Assembly (NCBI RefSeq): GCF_004010195.1 | Contig: NC_057720.1 | Coordinates: forward strand, 21,363,882 to 21,427,881 | Direction: 5' to 3' | DNA from: Chiloscyllium plagiosum | Lineage: Eukaryota | Length of the DNA: 64,000 nt | Shown here: positions 12,546 through 25,290 of the stretch, in pieces | How positions within the stretch are numbered: the stretch's first letter is position 1 | How the letters are laid out: the number at the start of each line of letters is the position of its first letter | The notes under the pieces: generated by a model | What the model was told of the DNA's origin: nothing | The model's input: the letters and a program-made list of their open reading frames with translations, nothing else | The model's database searches: none | Translations under genes and position numbers: made by a program

Positions 12546-13464
12546 AAGATGCTGCACAATGCATCTTAACTGACTCAAAAATAGTTTAAAATAAAACTCC
12601 TTTCTATTTCCAAATGCCTCAAAATTCAAATGCCTAAAAACATCTCCTATCTACCTCCAAATATCTCAAAATTCAAAAGAAATGAAACATTTTTATTTAA
12701 GTCGATCCATATTCATTATCTTCAAATATTTTATAGCATTTGAGTAGTACAATCTGGTAAAGTTTATTCTGCGTTCTGCTGCAGTGCTGTCGGGGGAAGT
12801 TTGCTGCCACTGTCAAGTGAGTTTACTGTGCCATGATCTCTGTGCTATTTAGTGGTTAGATGTTTGCCAGAGGTTGAGCACAAAGCTTAGAAACAAGGAT
12901 GTCAAGTCCATTAATCACAGCTAGAAAGTCACCGGGATAAAATGTCGGCCGGAGATTAGCCATGGTTGCCACTGTAAAATTAATTCAGGCAACTAGCTGA
13001 TTAGGTCATGCTGTCGTCCTACGCTTGGAGATCTAACAGAAGCTGGCAGTTACAGCTATACTTCTCAAACTACTTGAGGCAGTAAAAGATATGGTATAGG
13101 AAAACCACAGGCAGTTTTCATATTGTGTTGAATTCAAGGTTGTCCTTTCTTCCACTGTGGCAAGAAAATACAAATTTAAGTGCTTAGTTGGCATGCAGAG
13201 CTGTTTTATGTTCATTATGTACCTGGTGAAAGCTTGTAGGATTCTTCAAATTGTGGAAGATTTTGAAAATATTGGGCAATTAAAGTCACAATAGTATTCT
13301 ATGGGTCTCATCGATAAAGGGATCCAAGTTAATTCAATATCAAGGTGTAGCAAACAAAACATTCTTCAACATTTATAGTTAATCAGTAGCAGATTGTGAA
13401 TTCATTAGTTTGTGACTCCTAGTTAGCTATTAGACTGAGCCCTAAAGTCAGAAGATTAAGCAAT

Positions 13465-13860
13465 GAAGGGAGGCTGGAGAAATTAAAGCTCTTTAGCCTT
13501 AAGAGAGGATTACTGAGTAGGGGACCTCATAAAGGTACACAATTATTAAATAGTTTAGAAAAGGTAAATCGCTACTTCAAGGCAAGTAATCATAGCAGGA
13601 CAGTAATGCTATGCATGAAAGGAGAACTGAAGACAGATGTCAGGAAGAATTTCTTCATGGAAAGAGCAAATGACACTTGAAATAGGCTTGAAGTAGTGTT
13701 CAGGCAGCAAATACTTTCGAGTCAATCATGAGTCAACGAACACTGTGGAAAGGGTGGGGGGAAGGGCAGGGGATGTGATATGTTTTTTTTCCTGGCGGAT
13801 GTGTTAAAGTGTCCAAATTGCACGGCCATCCTTGACTGTATTTGCACCGCAACTGTATTA
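13465..13860 (+). mobile_element. Old CR1 3' fragment
   Basis: RLEKLKLFSLKR..L.GDLIKV-like translation and ACAGATGTCAGGAAGAATTTCTTC. Confidence 0.55.
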
Positions 13861-16745
13861 TTAAAGCACATGTGAAGATATTTTTATGAAGGATTCTTCA
13901 GTGCAGCTTTCTACTGTGATGTATTTGATCCACTGAATTACATGAATGAATTACTTGCAATTTGCCACTGTGACAACATGGATACACATTATTTCTAGCT
14001 CTTCTCCCTCCACAAAACCAATGATAATTTTCCAATTAATTTTTCACAGAAGGGAAAGTTACATTAGTTTTTAAACTTACTTATCTTTGAACTCAGACAA
14101 GGGTCTGTGTTGTAGGTACCATAGATTTAAGGATTGAAAGAAAATTTAAAAATTAGTATTTTCCATTTTTATCTTATATTTTGACTTTATCTCACGCATG
14201 TCAAAACTGCTAAAAATTTAAGAGAACAGAACTTGCATAAATTGAGCTAAAAATAAGACAGTGCTGCTACAAATAATTGTTGCACCTAAAATACAAATAG
14301 ATCTTAGACCTAAGTAGGTGAATGGAGCTGGCAGAGAAGTACCACATTTGTAAATGTGGACTTTGCTTTTTAAAAAAAGGTAGTTTCAGTGCTACAATCT
14401 TTATACAGGATACATCTTAACAAATATAGAAAAAAAAACTTCACTCATCGCTTTTGTAAAGAGATTTTATCAGTGTAAATAAATATCAATGCTCCTAAAA
14501 GTAAAAGCTACACAAATAAATTCAGTGTCTATATTGTTTACTTACAATTGTTTTACAGTAGTCATGAATAAGATGGCTTTGTTACCTAAGACTTGTAACC
14601 TAATAAAACTAACACTTAACTGATGTGCTGAAACAAGTTTCATGCTTTGGTTTATAAAAAAGACTGAAACAAGTTTCAACATGGTTTAAGTTTTTTAACA
14701 AATGCAGAACTAAAGAATTTTCTTCCAAAATCAATGTCCATTTCTGGAACACAATATGTTAAAAAGAACATTATTTGCAACACCAGTCAAAAGAAAAATG
14801 GCTGGAAACACAAGCATAGCCTTTCTTAATTGTGACTCATTATTGATTTCTTAAGTAATGTCTCCTGTTGTATGGGAAATGTGAAAAATCTTTTGTCAGA
14901 ATAGTTTGTATTTTATTCTGCAAATTTATTTGGATTGTGTGGGAGGGTTCATGTTCAACCTTCGTTTTTTTTTGGCTCCTGTGCATGCCTTTCCTCACTT
15001 AATCTCACAAATGTGTCAACACAAATAGTACAGGATCAATCATTCAAGGCCACATGCATAATGACCTTTCTCTTTTTAAAAAAAAGCCTTACAATGTTTA
15101 ACGCTTACTGACTGCTCTGATATTGTAGACAGAAACAAAAACACAGAATGATTTATGATTTATTCATACTTTCTATAATTGCATTTAGTATTCAAAATCT
15201 GGAATCTATGTTTGAGAGAAACTGCCATTAAATTTAACATCACAGTTCTATGAGACAAATGGATCAAGTATCCTTGAAACCAGAGAAATTTCCAGGATGC
15301 CAGGCACTTTTGGGCTAATTCTTAAGAATGAAAACTTCCCTCATCAATAGACAAAGATGATATGGGCTTCATATATCGATAAGACCTTTACTGCAGTGAC
15401 ATTGTGGTATTGGAAACTAGTCCCTTAGGTTACAAGATGCATAGCCTTCTCATTTTGACATGAAGTTATGACTCAAGTGAGACACCTGAGTAGCAAAAGA
15501 TAATTGTATCAATTCCTAACCTGGTCACAGGTTTTGCTGAAAGAGCAAATAAACCTCAGGAAGCCAACAAAATAGTTAATAATAAGTGAGTGAGTTTTGC
15601 AAAAAATTGTTACCTGTTCTCCCAAAATTGAAATCCTTTGCAAGATCTTTTTTTTAAATTATTGGAGATATGTCTGTCTCCAAAAATTAGTCAATTCACT
15701 CTTTCAAGTTTTTTTTATATCGTTATCATACTTGCTTTTAAAATTAAGACTTCTTTCGTTGGGTCAGGTTTTCAGCTGATACAATGATGGTGTGTTGCCT
15801 TTCTAAAGCACTCCTCCATTGTTGTTATGCCACACACCAATGGATGTCTGGGAGTTGAGAAGCTGTTACTTTCTTTCAAAAGTGCCACCTCTTTGCTTTT
15901 CTAATTAACTGCAATTGTTCAGAAGCGTCTATGGATTAGTAGGAGGCTCCATGTTCCCTCAGGGCTTACTCGTCCGTTATAAATTTGTTTTGCAGTATCG
16001 TGATGCACTAATATGATGCCACAGGCACAATCAATAGTTAGCAAGTCTAGTTTATAGGTGGTATAGAAGAGAGGCTTCATCTACTTGACACTTTTCCCTG
16101 ACAGTGCAGCCGTCTTTCAATGAAGACATGAAACTGCTTCTTCTACACACAAAGAGCTTTTTATAATTGAAACCATAATTATTATGTGGAGCATATCCAA
16201 TCTATAAATGGATCAGTAAACCTTGCACTACACTTGTAATGAATGTTTTTAATAAAATTGAGATTTTCATTTCTCTCAGACCATCAAATATATTTACCAA
16301 ATCGTCAAAGTCTGTTTGGTTACTAAATGCTGCCACAGGCAGGGGTCATAATTTCAATTTTTTTAATATTAGCTTTGCTACAGAGTCATGGTACCAGAGT
16401 TTAAATCATTGTTTAGCTTGCTGGGGATTTGTACACCAAGTCTCTCAATGAGATTGGGACTCCAGGTACAGAGGAAAACTAAATAAAAAGAATTTACAGA
16501 GAAATCATTGCAGAAATCTACATTATTACACTGCATTCTTTAATATTCATCTTCAGTATGTGGAAGTCAGAGGCAAGATAGAATTTAAAATAAATTCTCA
16601 TTAGTAAGAATGGTGATTATAAACCAAAATGCACATTTTTAAAAAAAGACACAAAGAACATTGTTAAATCAAGTGCAACAGCTTGAATGTTTCTATTTCT
16701 GTCTAGTTTCTAATCAATAAATCGGCTGCCCTAAGAATTGAAGTG

Positions 16746-16888
16746 CATCATTGAATGCAAGATTTGTACATATTTTAACTATTCATGAAAGAAAACATTG
16801 CACAGTTGGACCAGAACACTCATAAATACTTTTTTCTTATTTGATGATATATATTTAAGGAACCAAGCACAGTATGAAATCCTTGAAC
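16746..16888 (+). repeat. Local direct duplication, copy A
   Basis: About 87% identical by manual alignment to 17661-17804. Confidence 0.9.
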
Positions 16889-17660
16889 CACTGAATTTCT
16901 GATTATTTGTATCATTGTGACCATAACTGAGTAATTTGTTATACCACTTCAGTGACCAAGCCAGTCTTAGGCAAGGGTGAATGAGTTAAGCTTTGTCAAT
17001 CGGACACTAATGCCATTTCCTTTTTTTTTTGCAAGTTTTGAAAACTGACTGTGGTGGGATTTCAACTGACACGGTCTGCTTATCAGCCATGATTGAAGGT
17101 TGGAGCAAACTGGACGGGCTGAATGGCCTAATTTATGCTTCTATGTCTTATGGTATTTAAATTCGGTACACACAACAGTATGGGAAATTTTGCAGAAGTT
17201 AAGAAATACATTAAGAAGTCAAGTGTGGGTCTACTGTCATAATAGCAATAGACCTCAGATCAAATACCCCCCTGAAGAATATAGTGTGCCAACATTATAA
17301 GGTGACAAACTAATTTGCTCTTATGTACAATGCAGTAATGGGAATGAGTAGTCTTAAATCTTTGAAGACTATGGCAACACTTTGAGCCAAAATATAAATA
17401 GTACAATATTGTGATTCTCGCCAAAATAATTTAATTATAAGGTTTATGCATGTAAATAATAATAGGATTGAAACAGCGTATTGGCTTTGCTTTAATTAGT
17501 ACCAAGCACACTGGTGTCTGGATTATAGATGAGCTTGTTAAAATTCTCAGCAATCAACAGGATAGCTGTCAGTAACTGAGGACTGGTGTGGTGATAGTGC
17601 CAGATGCATTAAACAGCTTTTTGTCTTCTTGTTAGCTTTGTATTTACAGATTCATTTGAC

Positions 17661-17804
17661 CATCTTTGAATGCGAGGTTTGTACATATTTTTAGCTATTC
17701 ATGAAAGAAAACCTTGCACAGTTTGACCAGAACGCTCATAAATAAATTTTTCTTATTTGATAATGTATATTTAAGGATCCCAACGCAGTAAGAAATCCTC
17801 GAAC
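17661..17804 (+). repeat. Local direct duplication, copy B
   Basis: Retains four CpGs that read CpA/TpG in copy A. Confidence 0.9.
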
Positions 17805-18229
17805 AAGATATGAAGAAATACCATGGCATAAATGAAAATGAAAAATCACCTTGGCACAATTCAAAGTATTTGTTTGAATTTTCTGAATGGCAAACATTGC
17901 AAATTAACACATATAAATGAAAATATACATATACGGAAATAATTTCATACTTGCTGCTCCTGCATTTTACTAATAAAATATTCCAAATCTCCTTCAAAAT
18001 TTCAATCTATTTAGATTGTCGAATACATTTTTCTCTTTTATTTTACAGAGAAAGTGTGCTCATTTGGAAAGCTGAGGGGAGAAGTGATTTTCCCTGACTG
18101 TATTATCTGTGCTAATTCCACATTGTTTAGACTTCCATTGGATAATTTAATTATGCTACACAGACTAAAGAGAATATGAAAATTTGCAAAATAAATAAAT
18201 AAATAGCTCTAGAATGCAATTCTTATCCT

Positions 18230-18415
18230 TCTTCAACTCTTTACCTCCTTTAAGGTACTTTTTAACAACTGCCTCTTTGACCAAGGTTTTGATTGTCTAA
18301 CTTAATATACGTGGCTTGGTATCATGCATTGTTCTAAAATTGTCCTGTTCAATGCCTTGGGTGTTTTGTTATATTAAAAGTAATACATAAGTGTTAGATG
18401 TTGTTGCTGCTGTTG
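18230..18415 (+). mobile_element. L2-like LINE 3' tail
   Basis: CTCTTTGACCAAG..TGGCTTGGTATCA..ATTAAAAG..ATAAGTG..TGTTGTTG, same pattern as 30330-30450. Confidence 0.55.
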
Positions 18416-20462
18416 TCAAGGGTCAGTAATGCAATCTCACATGCCATATCCTATCAACTGTGATAGCCTTGCAGAGCTTTCCTTTCACCACATTACCTTC
18501 ACTCATCTAACAACAATCTATACTAAGCATGGCTGAGACCTCAATCATATACTCCATCTCGCCACCAGACACCGCTGGAAGCCAAAAGCTCTGCTCCGCA
18601 AAACTTGTCAGGTAGAAATAGTCCTTTTGACCCATTGACTCTACTCCACCATTCAACGAGGTCATGGATGATCTGATAATCCTCAACTCCATTTTCCTAC
18701 CTTTTCCCCCAAACTCTTGGTTGGTCACAGGAATGCCAACCACCGCTGCAGTTTTCTGAAATTCAAATGTCCGGACTGTGACTTGGCAGCTGCTGTCAAA
18801 CCGTAAGTAATTATTCAGCTTCCTAGGCAATTCCTTCAGAGTGTGCTATGGTGGGCATTCCACAGGGTCCCCATTCAAAACTCTCACTTACACTGGAATA
18901 ATAACTGTCTGGACAATGGAAAATGTTAGGAAGCAGACATTACCAGCATAGCAGCTAAGTTTTGTGTGTGCAGCTTGCAAACCCACAGCTGGCAGGCAGA
19001 GTTGCAACGTTGCATACACATCACCTTAAAGGTGAACTATCTTAAAGACAAAGTATACATAGAACACCAAGCCGTTAATCCAGTCTGTAGGTTTTTCAAT
19101 TTCTTGATTACTCCCTTCTTTTTCAAATCTTCTATCTTATCCTTCAGGCTACACTCAAGAGCAGTTGGAACTCTCCTCATCAGATGTTTGTTGGTCTCAC
19201 ATTCTCATTTTCCTTTCTGTTCCATGTGTTTACTTTCTTCTCAAAACATCAAATATATTCGTCTTGACTACTCCATTGCTCAATGTGGTGGCAAACTCCA
19301 CGGTCTGATCACACTCTCGATAACGTAATTCATTGCAAAGTCCTTCCACACTTGTCAGTGTGAACATCAATATAGCACATTGTTGGAGATGAATGCTGTT
19401 TATGTTCTGAACTCAAATATTATATAAATTTGGCAATAAGTGATAGTATAGTACAGAGATGATATGACACTATTCAAACTCATGGTATCACGGAGTCTCA
19501 ATCATGAATCGATTGCAATTATCAAATCCAATTTAGCCTTCTTTTAAATATTATTTCAGTTTTATTTATTGTCGAGATCAGTTCAGTTAATGCTCCTGCT
19601 ATGTTGGCTGAAGTTCACAGAAATTATTCAATGATTTATTTTGGAGTGTTTTAATTCATAGAGCTACCTGCCTGAAAACATGTCTGTGTATAAACTGCAT
19701 TTTAAAAAGCCTGTGGGCTGATCTTTCAATCCCAACCAATTTAATTACATTAGCCACTAATTTCAATGCAAATTTCTTAAAGGTAATGGATTATAAATAC
19801 TCCTTTGCCCAAAGCTTATTTTAAAAATTTACAGTTGGGAATTGCACGTTAACCTGTATAGTGATGCAATCATAAAGGAGGTTTTCATCCTAACGTCATT
19901 TAATGTGAACCAGATAAATGCTCTAAAGAAAAGACAATCAATAATGCCTTCATCTGAAGTCTTCCACATTTCATATTCCAAATAAAGCTATGGTGTCTCA
20001 AATCTGCCTATCTAAGAACCAGAATTGTCCAAAAGTGGGACTTCGGTTGTCTCAGCTATTGCTCCTGCAATAGCGTAAATGGAAGAATAAAGAGACCGTT
20101 CTTGGCCTGGTCCTAGAGGATGGAATTAGTGACAGTTGTTCACATACAGACCCTCAGTTTGCTGTAGCACTTTAAGATCTGCCTGACCCCACCTTTGCCC
20201 CCCTCCAAAAAAAACTGGCAGGAACATTCTTGGCCACTTTCAAGGGAGAGGCTCAGAAATAAACCATTTCTCTCATGAAATCTGTGTGAAGGACTCCAAA
20301 AGCTAGGAAGATCTGAAACCTGGTGCCAAACTTGGGACTTTTTACCTATACACATTAACTATTCTGTTCATTGATATTTTGTCTGTCATATCTTGATAAT
20401 TCAATTGCAACAAAGATAATTTCCAATAAATATCAGGAATTTTAGTTAGGTGTGACCACTGA

Positions 20463-20741
20463 AAGAATAGAATCCCTACACTGTAGAAACAAGCCATTTG
20501 GCCCTTTGTTTCTCCACCAAACCTCTGAAGGGCATCTCACCCCCTTACCCCATCACCCTGCATTTCCCATAGCTAATCCACCTGCACATCTTTGGACTAC
20601 TGGAAGAAACCAGAGAACCCAGAGAAAACCCAGGCAGAGAATGTGCAAGCTCCACATAGACAGTTGTCCAAGAGTAGAATCAAACCCAAGTCCCTGGCGC
20701 TGGGAGGCAGCAGTGCCAACCATTGAGCCACCACACCACCC
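20463..20741 (-). mobile_element. HE1-type V-SINE, diverged
   Basis: Reverse complement of the HE1 head and core (GAGAATGTGCAAGCTCCACA). Confidence 0.85.
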
Positions 20742-21049
20742 AAGCTGACTAAGCATTGAGAAAAAATGCTGTATGAATTATTTAGTCAAACATTTACAAA
20801 CGATGGTGTTAACCAGCATCTTGTTCAACTTGGTCCTTTACTTAAGAAACCCATCTTAGCCTTTGTCTCACTTCTGGCCAATATCCTGCAAGCAATACTT
20901 TGATCGCATTATCCCAATGAAAGCTTGAATATTATCTTGGTATAAAGTGGAGTATGTCTTTCAAACCTTTGTGGCTTGAAACAAAACTGTGACACAATTA
21001 CCAAATATGAATTGTTTTCAATCAATTCTCATCTTTATGACTGAATGAA

Positions 21050-22220
21050 CACATTCAACCCCTCAAACCTGTTCTGCCATTCATTACAATCATGGCTGAT
21101 CATTGAGCTCAATACTTTAATCCTGCCCTCACCCCATTTCCCTTCATCCCTTTAGCCACAACAGCTATATCTATCAACTTCTTGAAAACACAACATATTT
21201 TGGCCTTAATCACTTTTGGTGGTATTGAATTCCACAGGCTCACCACTCTCCAGGTGAAGATATTTCTTCCCATCTCAGTCCTAAAGGTTTTATCCATTAT
21301 CCTTAAACTGTAAAACATGGTAGTGGACTCCCCCACCATCAGGAACATCCTTCCTGGATGAAACCTGTCCATTTTTGTTAGAATTTTGCTACTTACTGTG
21401 AGATCCCCCATCGTTCTTCCAAACTCCAGTGAATACAATCCTACCTAAATCAATCTCTCATGCATCACTGCTGCCATTCCAGGAATTAATTTGGTAAATC
21501 TTCGCTGCTCTCCCTCTTTAGTAAGAACATTCTTCCTCAGATAAGGAGATAAAAACTGCACACAATATTCCAGATGTGGCCTCTCCACTGCCCTGTATAA
21601 TTGCAGTAAGGTATCCTGTCCTTGGGTCCTCTTGCTATCAAGGTCAACATACAGTTTGCCTTCTTTGCTATTCTGCACCTTTGTGTTTACTTTCAGTGTT
21701 TTTGTGCAGGAGGACACCAAGATCTTATCGAACATGCCTGTCTCTCAATTTACATCCATTCGAATAAAAATCGAATGGATGGCACTGTGGCACAGTGGTT
21801 AGCACTGCTGCCTCACAGCACCAGAGACCTGGGTTCAATTCCCACCTCAGGCAACTGTCTGTGTAGAGTTTGCACATTCTCCCTGTGTCTGCGTGGGTTT
21901 GCTCCGGTTTCCTCCCACAGTCCAAAAAATGTGAAGGTTAGGTGAATTGGCCATGCTAAATTGTCCATTGTGTTAGGTGTAGGGGAATGGGTCTGGGTGG
22001 GTTGTTCTTTGGAGGGTCAGTGTGGACTTGTTGGGCAGAATGGCCTGCTTCCACACTGTAAGTAATCTAATCTAAAAATCCACCTTCCTATTTTTGCACC
22101 AGAATGGATACCCTCACATTTATCCACATACTGCATTTATCAGCATTACCCACTCACTTAGCCTGTTCAAATCACTGCAACATCTCTGCATCCTCCTCAC
22201 AGCTCACCCTTCCACCCAGC
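21050..22220 (-). mobile_element. CR1 LINE 3' part, interrupted by HE1
   Basis: ORF-track hits RPHLEYCVQFLSPYLRK and RVVSLWNSIP. Confidence 0.85.
21777..22072 (+). mobile_element. HE1-type V-SINE inside CR1
   Basis: TGGCACAGTGG A box, GGTTCAATTCC B box and TAATC tail. TAAAAATC flanks at 21765-21772 and 22073-22080. Confidence 0.9.
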
Positions 22221-22701
22221 TAATAGGGCATTAGGAAATTTGGCCAAATGCTAAGGCCTGGATGCACATCTAGAGCAATGGGAGGCGATCAGGAGGAAGA
22301 AGGTAGACAATCCAACGCGGGCTCAGGGCTATTTTCTAGAGCCAGCCCTTCTGACGCCACAAACTATAAAATCTTTTTGCGTCTCGTTTAAGGCAAACAA
22401 ATTAAGGAGCTTCGTTGCTATATTCAAATGAAAACTGAGCTAATTTTGTGAAAATGTCAGGCACGGGAGCTCCAACTAGTGGCAGAAGGTGTCAGTACAG
22501 TTGACACCAAGAGTGCAGAAGGTGAAAGATTTAGGATGTCTGCTGCAAGCTGGGAAGAAATTTGTCATGGGACCGGAAGGATCCATTTGATATGGTCCAC
22601 ATATAGGTCCTAGTGACACAGAGTGGACTGGAAGAGAGCTTGAGCTGAGGAGGAATGAGCAGCTCGGGGCAAAATTAGAAAGCAGAATTCCAGCTCTGTG
22701 C

Positions 22702-23345
22702 AAGATGGCGGCAGGGTAAGACGGTCCAGGCAAAGTTCCACTGCTCCACCCTTTTCTTTTTTTTTCCTCTTTATTTCCCTCCTTTCTGCATTTTTTTTTC
22801 TCAATTAATGACTTGGACTTACTCGGAAGGGAATGGAGGAGCTGGCAATGTCCTGGAGGCGAATCCCGGAGCAGGGAGCAAGTCCCGGGCAGAGGCTAGC
22901 ACTGGGAATCAAGTCCTGGAGCAGAGGCCAGTGCACAGAAGTGAATCCTGGAGCAGAGGCCAGCACAGGGAAGCAGCTGAGAGCCAGTGTGGAGCGGACT
23001 GGAGGCATGGAACAGAACAGAACAGAGATGGTTGTTGTATTGGGTCTAGTCTAGTCCAGGTGGTCAGACCACGTGTGGAAGTCCTTGTGCTGAGCTACTG
23101 AAGCGTAATGTTTATTTGTAATTTGTTTATCTGACTGTAATGTCTACTCTTTTAACTCGGTCTTATTTCTAACTTATACTACGAATCACTGTAAAGTAAT
23201 GCTACAATTTTTCTTTTTTATTCCTCTTTTTGTGTCTAAGATTTGTACCTCTGCACTTATAACTAAGATGGTGCCATAACAGGGGACATTAAAAAACTTT
23301 CACTGTACTTCTGTTCTTGGGTATACATGACAATAAAGGATATTC
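22702..23345 (+). mobile_element. Probable non-autonomous LINE-derived element (Rex1-like ends) with internal ~31-bp tandem repeats
   Basis: Begins AAGATGGCGG (YY1-type motif) and ends TACATGACAATAAA. Three copies of (A/G)A(G/A)TCC(C/T)GG(A)GCAGAGGC start at about 22880, 22911 and 22943. No coding capacity. Confidence 0.45.
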
Positions 23346-23399
23346 TAAATTAACAGATAATAATTATTACCTGCGCCATGAGCATATTAATTTTGGATA

Positions 23400-24430
23400 A
23401 ATAAGATTAGAGAATTGAATGGGTAGCTCACAGATTGCTGTGGAAGAAATAGGTTTTGATTCAAGGAGCAGTGTCACCAGTACTGGAGAAATTGTGAACT
23501 GTACCATCGGAAAGGTCTTCATCTATTCTGTGCTGAAGCTGATGTTCTAGCAAGTCACATAACTAGGGCTTGACAATAAATAGTAGGGATAAGGGACTAA
23601 ATAAGGGAAGTTGCAAACAAAAATGGAAAAAATGGACAACCGGTCTAGTTAGCAAAAAGAGTAACAATGTTTAGATCATGTGAGGAATGAACAGAGCATT
23701 TAAAATGAAGTGTGCACCAGTAGAAAAGGCTAAAAGTTGCCAAAAATTGTAAAAAGACAGTATAAAGTTTCTATAGCTGAGTGTGCACAGTACTCATTAT
23801 GAAGTGGATGAATTATCAGTTAAAATAGAAATAACTATGTATGATCTCAGGGTCATTACAGAGACAATGATTGGGACTTGAATATTAAGTGCTACATGAT
23901 TGTTTGGAAGGATGGAAGCTGAGAAAAGTTGGAAGGGTGGCTCTGTTAATTAAGGATGGCATTAGTGCAATAGAGAGGGAAATTACCTTAGTCCTAAAGA
24001 TAAATATAAGATCAGTTTGGCTAGAGATAAAAATAGTAAAGATATGAAGTCGTGTGTGTGGGGTAGTTCATAGCCCACCTAACAGTAACCACGATGTAGC
24101 AAGGGGTATATAGAAAGATAAAACGGGCCTGTGAAAAAGGTGAAGTGGGAACCCTGGGTGATTTTAATTGATATACAGATTGGCAAAAGTAGCCTGGAAG
24201 ATAAGTCTGCAATCACATGTAGGCCAGACTAGGTAAGGTCAACAAATCCTCTTTCATAAAGGATGTTTATAATGGAGATTGTTTCCCTCAGAGGTTCATG
24301 ATCCTGTGGAGTCCTCCCTTCCAGAAAACAGTAGAAGCAGGGTCACTGAGTATTTTTAAGACAAATGTAGATAGATTCTTGAATTGCAAGGCTGTCAAAA
24401 GGTATAGGAGTTAGGCAAGAAAGTTGATCA
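23400..24430 (+). mobile_element. Highly degenerate CR1 (endonuclease region and 3' piece)
   Basis: YDLRVITET, GRVALLIKDGI, SVWLEIKN and GDFN remnants at 23770-24170. Confidence 0.6.
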
Positions 24431-24433
24431 GGT

Positions 24434-24751
24434 ACAATAATAAACCAAATAAATGTGGATGTTGGAAACCCGAACCAAAACAGGAATTGCTGGAGAATTG
24501 CTTTTCTCCCTCCCTGGCTCACTATTACTATGGCTTTGTCTATCTAACTTTTTCTTACCTCTCTCTGGGCTCTATCTCGACCTATCCACTTACTCCTTTT
24601 ACTTCCCGCCCTCTGTCATCAACATATATACCAGCTTTCCCTCGCTACTATCAGTTCTGAGGAAGGGTGACCAGACCTGAAATATTAACTCTGTTTTCTC
24701 TCACAGATCGTGACAGATGTGCTGAGTTTCAATAGCAATTTCTGTTTCTGC
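24434..24751 (+). mobile_element. Penelope pseudo-LTR (P2) with inverted 5' piece and degenerate hammerhead at 24657
   Basis: AGTT-CTGAGGA-A-GGGT..ACCT-GAAATATT-AACT. Homologous to 35270-35540. Confidence 0.7.
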
Positions 24752-24814
24752 ATCAGGTCAGCCACAATCGAATCAAAGTGATGGATCCGCTTGAGCAGCG
24801 AAAAAAAAAAAACA

Positions 24815-25290
24815 ACTCCCACCAACTTCTGAGGGAAAAGGCATTCCCTCAAATTGTCTCTCAGCTTCCTACCTTCTACCCTAAATCCTGTTGACTGATT
24901 TTGAACCCTTCAAACACATCCAAACATTTTTTTCTAAATGCTGTTCAGTTTTATCCATTTCAGTTAGGGATCGTCTCAGCTTCCTTTTTTTCCAAAGAAA
25001 ATTCTGAAAACTATGGCCTAACAAATCTCTTCTCATGATTAAAATTCTTGACTCCAGACAACATCGTCATAAATCTCTTCTGCACCCTTCCTCGTGTGGT
25101 CAAGCTTTCCTATTGTGCGCTAACTAGAACTGCACCCAAAATACCAGCAATGACTTAGGTGTTTTCTGCAGTTCTAGTTTAACCTCATAGCTGTTATATT
25201 CTAGGCCTCAATTAATAAAGGAAAATATATTCTGTGCCTCTTCATTTATTTGTGAAGCCATGTTCCTCGACTGGTGGACTTGCAATCCAA
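24815..25290 (-). mobile_element. Old CR1 3' fragment
   Basis: AAATCTCTTCTGCACCCTT..CTAGAACTGCACCCAAAATACCAG is antisense of the LEYCVQFW / LERVQRRF region. Confidence 0.6.

Noticed and set aside
22850..22980. CRISPR-like repeat array
   Set aside because: Only three degenerate adjacent tandem units without unique spacers, in vertebrate DNA with no cas genes.
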